From NCBI GenBank assembly GCA_965278945.1, contig OZ257128.1:600075-664074 (forward strand): a stretch of 64,000 nucleotides of DNA. Direction: 5' to 3'. Below the pieces are notes generated by a model. The model was not told the DNA's origin. It ran no database searches and was given only the letters and a program-made list of their open reading frames with translations. Made by a program: the position numbers and the translations under genes. Of the stretch, positions 55,590 through 64,000 are shown one piece after another. The stretch is from Actinomycetes bacterium. GTDB taxonomy: Bacteria > Actinomycetota > Actinomycetes > S36-B12. Within the stretch, counting starts at the first letter, position 1; each line of letters starts with the position of its first letter.

Positions 55590-55787
55590 ATGGCTATGAC
55601 CCTGCGTTTGTCGGATGAGCAGACGGCCGCGCTGCGCGCGAGAGCGGAGTCCGAGGGCCGCTCGATGCAGGAGGTTGCACTCACTGCGGTCGAGGAGTAC
55701 CTGGATCTCCGGCCTTCTCGGCTTCAGGATGCCATTGCTCGTGTCTCGAGAGAAGATGCCGAATTGCTTGACCGACTCTCGCGTTGA
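55590..55787 (+). CDS. Ribbon-helix-helix antitoxin
   Basis: MAMTLRLSDEQTAALRARAESEGRSMQEV RHH pattern; overlaps the toxin gene. Confidence 0.8.
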   Translation: MAMTLRLSDEQTAALRARAESEGRSMQEVALTAVEEYLDLRPSRLQDAIARVSREDAELLDRLSR

Positions 55788-56176
55788 CGATGGATCCGGA
55801 CTTTCTCACGATCGAGGATTTACTCGAGATTGCTCGCGGTGTTCTCCCTGAGGTGGCGGTTCGCGACATCGGACTGCTGGAGTCGGCTGCGGCGCGGCCG
55901 ATGACGTCAGTGTTCGGCGAGCTGGCCTACCCGACATTCCTTGAGCAGGCCGCAGCCCTGATGCATTCGCTCGCGCGCAACCATCCATTAGTCGATGGCA
56001 ACAAGAGACTTGCCTGGGCGGCCACCCGCGTCTTCTTCCTTATGAATGGGCAGGATCTGTCCTACACGGTTGACGACGCAGAGACATTCGTCCTCCTCGT
56101 CGCGCAGGGGGACCTCGACGTCGGTGAAATCTCTGCTTGGCTCGGGGCGCATCAACTCGGCCCAGGCGCTCGGTAG
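55784..56176 (+). CDS. Doc-family (Fic-fold) toxin
   Basis: RDIGLLESA..RP, HPLVDGNKR Doc-type motif. Confidence 0.88.
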   Translation: MTMDPDFLTIEDLLEIARGVLPEVAVRDIGLLESAAARPMTSVFGELAYPTFLEQAAALMHSLARNHPLVDGNKRLAWAATRVFFLMNGQDLSYTVDDAETFVLLVAQGDLDVGEISAWLGAHQLGPGAR

Positions 56177-56218
56177 GCTTCGGCGAGCATCCCTTCCCCG
56201 TATCTACAGGAGTAATTC

Positions 56219-56629
56219 GTGTCTGAGCGCACCCTCGTCCTCATCAAGCCCGACGGCGTGGCCCGTGGCCTCGTCGGCGAGGTCCTCGGCCGCATCGAGC
56301 GCAAGGGTTACCGCATCGTCGCCCTCGAGCAGCGCACCCTCGAGGCCTCGGTCGCCGAGGAGCACTACGGGGAGCACAAGGACAAGCCGTTCTTCGCTGA
56401 CCTCGTCGCCTTCATCACGTCCGGCCCGCTCGTCGCGGCCGTCATCGAGGGACCCGACGCGATCTTGTCCTGGCGCTCGATGATGGGCGCCACCAATCCG
56501 GCGAGCGCGGCTCCAGGAACGATTCGCGGAGACCTCGCCACCGAGATGCAGAACAACGTGACGCACGGCTCGGACTCGGTGGAGTCCGCGGCCCGCGAGG
56601 TTGCGCTGTTCTTCCCCGGACTGGCCTAG
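56219..56629 (+). CDS. ndk: Nucleoside diphosphate kinase
   Basis: [31 protein letters not shown]. Confidence 0.97.
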   Translation: MSERTLVLIKPDGVARGLVGEVLGRIERKGYRIVALEQRTLEASVAEEHYGEHKDKPFFADLVAFITSGPLVAAVIEGPDAILSWRSMMGATNPASAAPGTIRGDLATEMQNNVTHGSDSVESAAREVALFFPGLA

Positions 56630-56631
56630 CC

Positions 56632-58005
56632 ATGAAGCCGGTGGCGGTTGGCGTAGTTGCTGGCGCTGCCGCCGGCACCGTCGTTGCGGTTGCTGCGCGG
56701 GGCGAGACTCTCGTGCCCTGGCCGGGTCGCATTCGCACGGCGTTCCCGTTCATCCTCGGGACGCTGGTCGGCAAGGCAGTCGCGATCGACGTGGCGCTCG
56801 TCTCGTCGACTCTGCGCGCGACGGCGGGCCGCGGACGCGGTCCGCTCGTTCCCGTGCTCGTCGGTGCGGGTGCGATCGGTGCGCTTGCTGTCGGCGGCAA
56901 GGTCGCGTCGCGTCGGATGCTCGGCAAGCTCGAGCAGCAAAGTCGCGACATCGAGCCCGGCTTCGCAACACCTCCGACCGATCCCGACGTGTCCGCTGGG
57001 CCGGGATCGGCTGTCGCGCTGGCCGAGCTTGGTCGCGAGGGCGCACGCTATGTCGGCACCGTATCTACCCCGGACGAGATCCGCGAAGTCACCGGCCTGG
57101 ACCCCGTGGCGTCGCCCGTGCGCGTGTTCATCGGACTCGACAGTGCCGAGACGCCTGAGCAGCGCGTCGGACTCGCGATGGCAGAACTGAGGCGTACCAA
57201 GGCTTTTGACCGAGCGAACCTGCTCATTCAGGCGCCTGCGGGCACGGGTTACGCGAACTCCACGCCGGTCGATGTGCTTGAGGTGCTCACGCGCGGGGAC
57301 TGCGCGTCGGTCGCCGTCGGGTATGGACTGCTGCCGTCCTTCCTGTCGCTGAACAAGGTCGACGTCGCGAAGCACACCCAGAAGCTGCTCCTCGACGCGA
57401 TCCTCGAGGAGCTCTCATCGCGCGCAACGAAGCCTCGGCTGCTGCTGTATGGCGAGAGCCTCGGTGCGAAGGTGCAGGAGTACGCGATTCCCGACGGCCC
57501 CGTGGACCTGGACCACTACGGCGTAGCGGCGGCATTGTGGGTCGGCACCCCTGGCGGTGCGATCGCCGATCAGTTCCACGCGCTGTGCGCGGGGGAGTCG
57601 ATCACCATCGACCGTCCCGAGCAGATTCCCGCATCGTTCCCGGGCGTGCGTCCGCGCGTGTGGTTCCTCGAGCACGACGGTGATCCCGTCGTGCGCTTCC
57701 GCCCCGAGCTGCTCGGGCACCGTCCCGCCTGGCTGCCGACCGACGGATCGCGCGGACGCAACATCCCGACGACCATGACGTGGAAGCCGGGCATCACGTG
57801 GGCGCAGGTGCTCGTCGACACGTTGTTCGCCACCAACGTCAAGCCCGGCGACTTCAAGAGCGAAGGCCATGACTACCGCGCCGATCTTGGTGCCGCGGTG
57901 ACCGCAGCGTTCGACCTGCCGGCCGACGCCGCGACCGCCGAGCGCCTGGAGGCGTACCTGCGCAAGGCCGAGGTCGCCCGCGCCGAGCGCATCGCCGCCC
58001 CCTAG
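56632..58005 (+). CDS. Membrane-anchored alpha/beta-hydrolase family protein
   Basis: LGREGARYV, PVRVFIGL, P.GTGY, LYGESLG nucleophile elbow, HDGDPV. Confidence 0.75.
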   Translation: MKPVAVGVVAGAAAGTVVAVAARGETLVPWPGRIRTAFPFILGTLVGKAVAIDVALVSSTLRATAGRGRGPLVPVLVGAGAIGALAVGGKVASRRMLGKLEQQSRDIEPGFATPPTDPDVSAGPGSAVALAELGREGARYVGTVSTPDEIREVTGLDPVASPVRVFIGLDSAETPEQRVGLAMAELRRTKAFDRANLLIQAPAGTGYANSTPVDVLEVLTRGDCASVAVGYGLLPSFLSLNKVDVAKHTQKLLLDAILEELSSRATKPRLLLYGESLGAKVQEYAIPDGPVDLDHYGVAAALWVGTPGGAIADQFHALCAGESITIDRPEQIPASFPGVRPRVWFLEHDGDPVVRFRPELLGHRPAWLPTDGSRGRNIPTTMTWKPGITWAQVLVDTLFATNVKPGDFKSEGHDYRADLGAAVTAAFDLPADAATAERLEAYLRKAEVARAERIAAP

Positions 58006-58040
58006 CTCCGCGCTCCGCGCTCCGCGCTCCGCGCTCCGCG
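58006..58040 (+). repeat. Tandem heptamer (ctccgcg)x5
   Basis: Five exact copies directly after the stop codon. Confidence 0.9.
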
Positions 58041-58049
58041 AGACCCTCT

Positions 58050-58112
58050 CGCCGACCTTGAGGTTGGCGTGGAAATCGGGTGGTCAAACCCACGCCAACC
58101 TCAAGGTCGGCG
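58050..58112. repeat. REP-like hairpin family B
   Basis: Perfect 23-bp arms identical to 53228-53294; different 17-nt loop. Confidence 0.88.
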
Positions 58113-58237
58113 GACTTGGGGGATATCGGTGCAAAGTGGCGTATAGCGGGGTAATTCGGTCAGACGATGTCGTTTCCCGCGTGAGGGTGGCCTAAGATAA
58201 GCGTTCCCTGCACCCGTTCGGAAGGCACTCTTCCCTC

Positions 58238-59269
58238 ATGGCAGCTTCCTCGTCCTTCGTCGGCCGCGACATGGCAGTCGACCTGGGCACCGCCAACACC
58301 CTCGTCTACGTGCGCGGTCGTGGCATCGTCCTGAATGAGCCCTCCGTCGTCGCGATCAACAACAACACCGGCGGCATCCTCGCCGTCGGTTCAGAGGCCA
58401 AGCGGATGATCGGGCGCACGCCCGGCAACATCGTCGCGATCCGTCCGCTCAAGGACGGCGTCATCGCCGACTTCGACACCACCGAGCGCATGCTGCGCTA
58501 CTTCATCCAGAAGGTGCATCGCAGGCGCCACCTCGCCAAGCCGCGCCTGATCGTGTGCGTTCCGTCCGGCATCACGGGCGTCGAGCAGCGCGCGGTCAAG
58601 GATGCCGGCTACGCGGCCGGCGCGCGCAAGGTGTTCATCATCGAAGAGCCCATGGCAGCAGCAATCGGTGCCGGTCTTCCGGTGCACGAGCCAACCGGCA
58701 ACATGGTCGTCGACATCGGCGGTGGCACGTCCGAGGTCGCCGTCATCTCGCTCGGTGGCATTGTCTGCTCGCTCAGCGTTCGTGTCGGTGGCGACGAGCT
58801 CGACAACGCGATCATCCAGTACGTGAAGAAGGAGTACTCGCTGATGCTCGGCGAGCGCACCGCCGAGGAGATCAAGGTCGCCATCGGTTCCGCGTTCCCG
58901 ATGCCCGACGAGCCGCACGCGGAGATCCGTGGTCGCGACCTCATCACCGGACTTCCGCGCACGATCGTCGTATCGGCCGAGGAGATCCGTCGCGCCATTG
59001 ACGAGCCGGTGCACGCCATTGTCGACGCGGTGAAGGCAACCCTCGACCGCACTCCTCCCGAGCTGTCCGGCGACATCATGGACCGCGGCATCGTCCTCAC
59101 CGGCGGCGGCGCGCTCCTGCGCGGCCTCGACGAGCGGCTTCGCCACGAGACTGGAATGCCCATCCTCATCGCCGATCGTCCGCTTGATTGCGTAGCGCTC
59201 GGCTCCGGGAAGTGCGTCGAGGAGTTCGAGGCCCTGCAGCAGGTCCTCATCTCGGAGCCTCGCCGCTAA
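58238..59269 (+). CDS. mreB: Rod shape-determining protein MreB
   Basis: [40 protein letters not shown]. Confidence 0.97.
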   Translation: MAASSSFVGRDMAVDLGTANTLVYVRGRGIVLNEPSVVAINNNTGGILAVGSEAKRMIGRTPGNIVAIRPLKDGVIADFDTTERMLRYFIQKVHRRRHLAKPRLIVCVPSGITGVEQRAVKDAGYAAGARKVFIIEEPMAAAIGAGLPVHEPTGNMVVDIGGGTSEVAVISLGGIVCSLSVRVGGDELDNAIIQYVKKEYSLMLGERTAEEIKVAIGSAFPMPDEPHAEIRGRDLITGLPRTIVVSAEEIRRAIDEPVHAIVDAVKATLDRTPPELSGDIMDRGIVLTGGGALLRGLDERLRHETGMPILIADRPLDCVALGSGKCVEEFEALQQVLISEPRR

Positions 59270-59342
59270 GAGCCCTGGATCGCCGACACCCGCCGCGAGG
59301 CGGGTGTTAACGCGCTGACCCGCCAGAGGGGACACTGTTGTC

Positions 59343-60350
59343 ATGCTGTCGCGCCGAACCCGTGTCGTCCTCACGGTGCTCGTTCTCCTGGCGCTGACTT
59401 TCGTCATCCTCGACCTGCGCGGCGGCCAGGGTCCGCTGACCGGCGTGCGCAACGTCGGCGCCAACATCATTGGCGGCGTCGAACGCGTCGCGGCCACGAT
59501 CTTCTCGCCGATCACTGGTGCGAGCAGCTGGTGGGGCACCATGCGCGACCAGGCCGGTCAGATCGAGGCGCTCACTGCTGAGAACGAGAAGCTTCGCGGC
59601 GAGGCCCAGACCACTGCCAACGATCGGGCGCGCGTGAAGGCACTCGATGAGCTGCTCGGAGTCGCAAGCGTCGGCCAGTACCGGATCGTTCCTGCCGAGG
59701 TCATCGCGGTCGGACCGGCGCAGGACTTCTCGTGGACCGTCACGATCGACGCGGGCAAGGCCGACGGTATCGAGCCGGACATGACCGTGATGAACGGACA
59801 GGGACTGGTCGGTCGTGTCCTGAAGACGACGAGCAACACCTCGACCGTCGTCCTCGTCGTCGACTCGTCGTCCGCAGTCGGCGGCCGCGTCGCCGGCACC
59901 GAGGAGATCGGCATCGTGTCCGGCACCGGTCGCCAGGACTCGCTCTCGTTCCAGTTGCTTGACCCCACCGCCGACCTCCGTGTTGGCGATGCGCTTGTCA
60001 CGTTCGGCTCGAAGGGCGGACGTCCGTACGCGCCGGGCCTGCCCATTGGCGAGGTCGTCGAAGTTGGCGGGACGCCGGGGCAGCTGACTCGCATCGCGAC
60101 CATCCGCCCCTACGTTGACGTGTCGACGCTGTCGATCGTTGCCGTCGTGACGAAGCCGCCGCGCGTTGATCCGCGCGACTCGGTGCTGCCCCGCGTCGGG
60201 TTCGTCGACCCGTCGCCATCACCCGTGCCACTTGGCCAGGGCGCGTCGCAGGCGCCGACCACGGAGTCCGTCCCCACGCCGTCGCCGTCCATCACGACGG
60301 AGAAGGAGACCGCTGCGAGCCTGCAGCCGTCGCCAGAAAGCAACCCATGA
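59343..60350 (+). CDS. mreC: Rod shape-determining protein MreC
   Basis: N-terminal TM, coiled coil, IDAGKADGI..DMTV..GLVGRV, PGLPIG. Confidence 0.92.
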   Translation: MLSRRTRVVLTVLVLLALTFVILDLRGGQGPLTGVRNVGANIIGGVERVAATIFSPITGASSWWGTMRDQAGQIEALTAENEKLRGEAQTTANDRARVKALDELLGVASVGQYRIVPAEVIAVGPAQDFSWTVTIDAGKADGIEPDMTVMNGQGLVGRVLKTTSNTSTVVLVVDSSSAVGGRVAGTEEIGIVSGTGRQDSLSFQLLDPTADLRVGDALVTFGSKGGRPYAPGLPIGEVVEVGGTPGQLTRIATIRPYVDVSTLSIVAVVTKPPRVDPRDSVLPRVGFVDPSPSPVPLGQGASQAPTTESVPTPSPSITTEKETAASLQPSPESNP

Positions 60351-60865
60351 TCTGGCGGCAGGCGGTGGTGATCTTCGTCGTGGTGTTCTCCGCGGTGATC
60401 ATCCAGATCACCCTGCTCTCGCGTCTGGGCCTGCCCGGCGCGACCCCGGACCTCGTGGTTGTCAGCGTCGTCGCACTCGCCCTGGCGATGGGCCCGACGC
60501 AGGGCGCTACCGCGGGATTCGCGGCGGGCATCCTGCTCGACATGTCGCCGCCCGCGGACACCCTTCTTGGTGTCAACGCGATCGTGTATCTCGCGGTCGG
60601 CTTCGTGACCGGCTTCGTCATCGATCCACGCGATCGGACCGTGCCGGTGATGATCGGCATCGTCGGCCTGGCGACCGCGGCAGCGACGCTGGCCACGGCC
60701 GCTCTGGACACCCTGCTCGGCAGCGGACGCGTGCTGTGGGACCAGATGCCGTCCATGGTGCTGAGCAGCACGGTGTACGCGGTGATCATGGCGCCGGTGG
60801 TCGTTCTCGGCGTCGCCTGGATCGTGCGTCGCGTGACGCCCGAGGTTTCTGTCATTACCGGGTAA
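60347..60865 (+). CDS. mreD: Rod shape-determining protein MreD
   Basis: Hydrophobic, PDLVV..GFAAGILLD; position after mreC. Confidence 0.88.
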   Translation: MIWRQAVVIFVVVFSAVIIQITLLSRLGLPGATPDLVVVSVVALALAMGPTQGATAGFAAGILLDMSPPADTLLGVNAIVYLAVGFVTGFVIDPRDRTVPVMIGIVGLATAAATLATAALDTLLGSGRVLWDQMPSMVLSSTVYAVIMAPVVVLGVAWIVRRVTPEVSVITG

Positions 60866-61013
60866 AGATCTCGTCCGGATTTCGGGGCATAAATGGGCAA
60901 ATCGGGCGCCGGGAACCGCCGCCGGCGCGCGGACGTCGTACCGTCATACCCACGGATGGTCCCGTTTGGCATGCGCCGAGGCGGTTCCGCACAGCGAATG
61001 AAGGGAGCACGCG

Positions 61014-63170
61014 GTGAGTGAGCGCTCCAATCTGCGCCTGCTCGTCCTCGCTGTCCTCGTCGCTTCGCTCCTGGGAACGCTGATCATCCGCACGTTCTAC
61101 CTGCAGGTCATGACGGGCGAGACGTATCGCGTTGCCGCGGAGAACAACACCATCCGCGAGGTCGTCGAGCCGGCGGTGCGCGGGCTTGTTCTCGACCAGG
61201 CCGGACGCCCGCTCGTGTCGAACCGGACGTCGGTCGTTGTCACCGTCGATCGGCAGACCCTCTACAAGGAGAAGGACAACGGCGCGGCCGTCGTCGTGCG
61301 GCTGGCGAAGATCCTGGACATCCCGGTGGAGAAGATCACCGAGCGCCTGGACAACTGCGGAACCGAGGGCGCGAAGCCGCCGCCCGTGTGCTGGAACGGG
61401 TCGAACTACCAGGCCATCCCGGTCGCGACCGACGTCGACACCCAGACCGCGCTGACGATCATGGAACGTCGCTCGGACTTCCCCGGCATCTCCGCGAAGC
61501 TGCAGGCGATCCGCGAGTACCCGTCGCCGTTCAACGTCAATGCCGCGCATCTCCTCGGCTACCTCGGCCCGGTGACGCAGGAGCAGATCGCCGCTGAGAC
61601 CGACTCGACGGATCCCGACCGACTGCGCATCACCGACGTCGTCGGGCGAACCGGCCTCGAGCGCGAGTACGACGCGGAGCTTCGCGGCACCCCGGGCATC
61701 ACCGAGCTCGCGGTCGACACCGCGGGCAACGTGACCGGGACGCTCGGCAGCAAGGCGCCCGTCGCCGGCAACTACGTCGTCACGTCGATCGATGCGCACC
61801 TGCAGTCCGTCGTCGAGAAGCAGCTCGTCGCAGCAGTCGAGCGCGCGCGGGGGCAGGACTACCCGGGCAAGTCGGGTGCGGCTGTCGTCATCGACGTGCA
61901 GACCGGGCAGGTCCTCGCGATGGCGAGCTACCCGACGTATGACCCGTCGATCTGGATCGGCGGTGTCACCAAGAAGCAGTACAAGGAGCTGATCAGCAGC
62001 GAGGCGCTGTCGTCGAACGCGTACCAGGGCCTCTTCGCGCCCGGATCGACGTTCAAGGTGGTGAGCACAGCCGCCGCGGGCAAGGAGGGCTACAGCCTGT
62101 ACGGCGACTACTCGTGCCCCAGCCAGGTCAAGGTCGGCGGCCAGACGTTCCGCAACTACGAGTCGTCGTCATACGGACGCATCAGCCTCGGACGCGCCAT
62201 CGAGGTCTCGTGCAACACCGTCTTCTACGGACTGGCCGAGCGCATGTGGCTCGCCGCGGGCGGCCCCGATGCGGGCAAGGATGCACCGGACCCCGTCGCC
62301 GAGACCGCGCACCTGTTCGGTCTCGGCTCCGCGACCGGAATCGACCTGCCCGGCGAGGCGGTCGGGCGCGTGTCCAGCCGCGAGTTCAAGGCGTCCAACT
62401 GGGAGGCCATGCGCGATACCTGGTGCGCGAACGCGGCAGCGGGATACCCGGAGACGCGCAAGACCGACCCGAAGCTCGCCGACTACTACACGGCACTCGA
62501 CAAGGAGAACTGCACGGACGGTGATCAGTGGCGCGCAGGCGATGCGCTCAACGCGGTCATCGGACAGGGCGACACGGCTGTCACTCCGCTGCAGATGGCC
62601 ATGGTCTACGCCGCGGTTGCCAACGGCGGCCGGCTCTACCAGCCGCAGGTGGCTAAGGCGATCGTCAGTGCGTCGGGCGAGGTCATCAAGGAGTTCCAGC
62701 CGGTGCTCAAGTCGCGCGTCACGGTGCCGAAGGCGACGATGACGTTCCTGCGGCGCACGCTGCCCGGCGTGACGACCGAGGGCTCTGCCGAGACCCCGTT
62801 CGCGGGCTTCCCGCTCAACCAGATCCCGATCGCGTCGAAGACCGGTTCGGCGCAGGTCACGGGTAGCGACGTCTCGACCTCGTGGTTCGCGTCCTACGCG
62901 CCAGCGAACGACCCCAAGTACGCCGTCGTGATGATGGTGACCGAGGGCGGCACCGGTTCGAAGACCTCGGGCCCGAGCGTGCGCAAGATCTACGAGGCAC
63001 TGTTCGGCGTGAGCGGCACGACGGTCAATCCGAGCAAGAGCGTGCTCGTCGGCGGATCGCCGGAGACCGAACTGCCCGTGGTGCACACCGATGGCACTGT
63101 CGTCGGCCCCACGGGCAAGAAGGCGGGCATCGCCACGGGGCGTACCGTCGCGCTCGGAGGTTCCCCATGA
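61014..63170 (+). CDS. mrdA: Penicillin-binding protein 2 (class B)
   Basis: RGLVLDQAG, PGSTFK (SxxK), SCN (SxN), KTGSAQ (KTG). Confidence 0.94.
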   Translation: MSERSNLRLLVLAVLVASLLGTLIIRTFYLQVMTGETYRVAAENNTIREVVEPAVRGLVLDQAGRPLVSNRTSVVVTVDRQTLYKEKDNGAAVVVRLAKILDIPVEKITERLDNCGTEGAKPPPVCWNGSNYQAIPVATDVDTQTALTIMERRSDFPGISAKLQAIREYPSPFNVNAAHLLGYLGPVTQEQIAAETDSTDPDRLRITDVVGRTGLEREYDAELRGTPGITELAVDTAGNVTGTLGSKAPVAGNYVVTSIDAHLQSVVEKQLVAAVERARGQDYPGKSGAAVVIDVQTGQVLAMASYPTYDPSIWIGGVTKKQYKELISSEALSSNAYQGLFAPGSTFKVVSTAAAGKEGYSLYGDYSCPSQVKVGGQTFRNYESSSYGRISLGRAIEVSCNTVFYGLAERMWLAAGGPDAGKDAPDPVAETAHLFGLGSATGIDLPGEAVGRVSSREFKASNWEAMRDTWCANAAAGYPETRKTDPKLADYYTALDKENCTDGDQWRAGDALNAVIGQGDTAVTPLQMAMVYAAVANGGRLYQPQVAKAIVSASGEVIKEFQPVLKSRVTVPKATMTFLRRTLPGVTTEGSAETPFAGFPLNQIPIASKTGSAQVTGSDVSTSWFASYAPANDPKYAVVMMVTEGGTGSKTSGPSVRKIYEALFGVSGTTVNPSKSVLVGGSPETELPVVHTDGTVVGPTGKKAGIATGRTVALGGSP

Positions 63171-64000
63171 GCGTCATCTTCACCAGTGAGCGGTCGGTAC
63201 GGCCCTTCCAGCGCGGAGCGGTCGGCGGCTACTGGCGCGACCTGGACTGGATCCTCCTGGTCGCCGCGCTCGCGATCACGATCTTCGGCTCCATGCTCGT
63301 GTGGTCGGCAAGCAAGGCAGACATGGCCTCGGAGAGCGATCCGCAGTCGTATCTCAAGCGCCACCTGATCAACGTCGTCATCGGTATCGGCCTGGGCTTG
63401 TTCGCATCGCGCCTGGACTACCGGTGGCTGCGCGCCTACACGCCGATCATCTACGGCCTGTCGATGTTCATGCTGCTGCTGCCCTTCGTCCCGGGACTTG
63501 GAACGCGCGTTGCCGGTGCCCGCGCGTGGATCGACCTTCCCGGCGGCATGACGATCCAGCCTTCTGAGTTCGCGAAGGTCGCCGTCATCTTGATGATGGC
63601 GGTCCTGCTGTCGGAGAAGCGCGACGTCGGCGACGAGCCGCGGGATCGCGACGTGCTGATGTCATTGGGCGTCGCCGTACTGCCGATCCTCGTCATCCTC
63701 GTGCAGAACGACACCGGCACGGTTCTGATTCTCGGCTCGGTGGCGCTGTCGATCATCGCGGTGTCGGGTGCCAAGACCCGATGGGTCATCGGGCTGATCG
63801 GCGGCGGTGCAATCTCGCTGATGCTGGCCATCCAGCTCGGGTTGCTGCAGTCGTACCAGATTCAGCGGCTGACGACATTCCTTGACCCCTCGGGCACGGG
63901 GACGGACGCGGGGTACAACGCGAACCAGGCCCGCATCGCCATCGGCGGCGGCGGCATGTTCGGCTACGGGCTGTTCCAGGGCCCGCAGACGCAGGGCAAG
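63167..64000 (+). CDS. rodA: Rod shape-determining protein RodA (partial, runs off the window end)
   Basis: ATG 63167 overlaps the mrdA stop; GARAWI, IQPSEFAK, NDTGT, YQIQRL..FLDP, GYNANQARIAIG.GG..G.G. Confidence 0.92.
   Translation, partial: MSVIFTSERSVRPFQRGAVGGYWRDLDWILLVAALAITIFGSMLVWSASKADMASESDPQSYLKRHLINVVIGIGLGLFASRLDYRWLRAYTPIIYGLSMFMLLLPFVPGLGTRVAGARAWIDLPGGMTIQPSEFAKVAVILMMAVLLSEKRDVGDEPRDRDVLMSLGVAVLPILVILVQNDTGTVLILGSVALSIIAVSGAKTRWVIGLIGGGAISLMLAIQLGLLQSYQIQRLTTFLDPSGTGTDAGYNANQARIAIGGGGMFGYGLFQGPQTQGK

Overview
High-GC actinobacterial chromosome segment, inferred from the valS-folC-DUF4233-ndk-mreBCD-pbp2-rodA gene order, DUF4012 and TANNNT leaderless promoters. It has four blocks. 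(1) 1-12.4 kb: surface polysaccharide/glycan genes. (2) 10-25 kb, interleaved with block 1: a complete but dispersed lasso-peptide (RiPP) system with a 44-aa precursor ending in Ser, cyclase C, split B1 (PqqD/RRE) and B2 (transglutaminase-like protease), an ABC exporter and a nucleotidyltransferase. It also has a sulfotransferase-HPr-kinase fusion, a P-loop-less kinase paralog, three paralogous secreted glycine-rich/FN3-like proteins and an octapeptide-repeat protein. (3) 26-50.6 kb: a type IVa pilus locus (minor pilins, pilMNO, pilB, two pilT, pilC, pilA, pilD) plus a divergent group-3 sigma factor and PATAN- and MinD-like accessory genes. (4) 50.6-64 kb: housekeeping genes with an inserted Doc-type toxin-antitoxin pair. 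Two families of REP-like hairpins recur. All three IS30 insertions sit inside family-A hairpins, and two intact family-A hairpins bracket a DUF559-like nuclease cassette. No rRNA, tRNA or CRISPR array was seen. Family assignments come from motif recognition by eye; no database searches were run.
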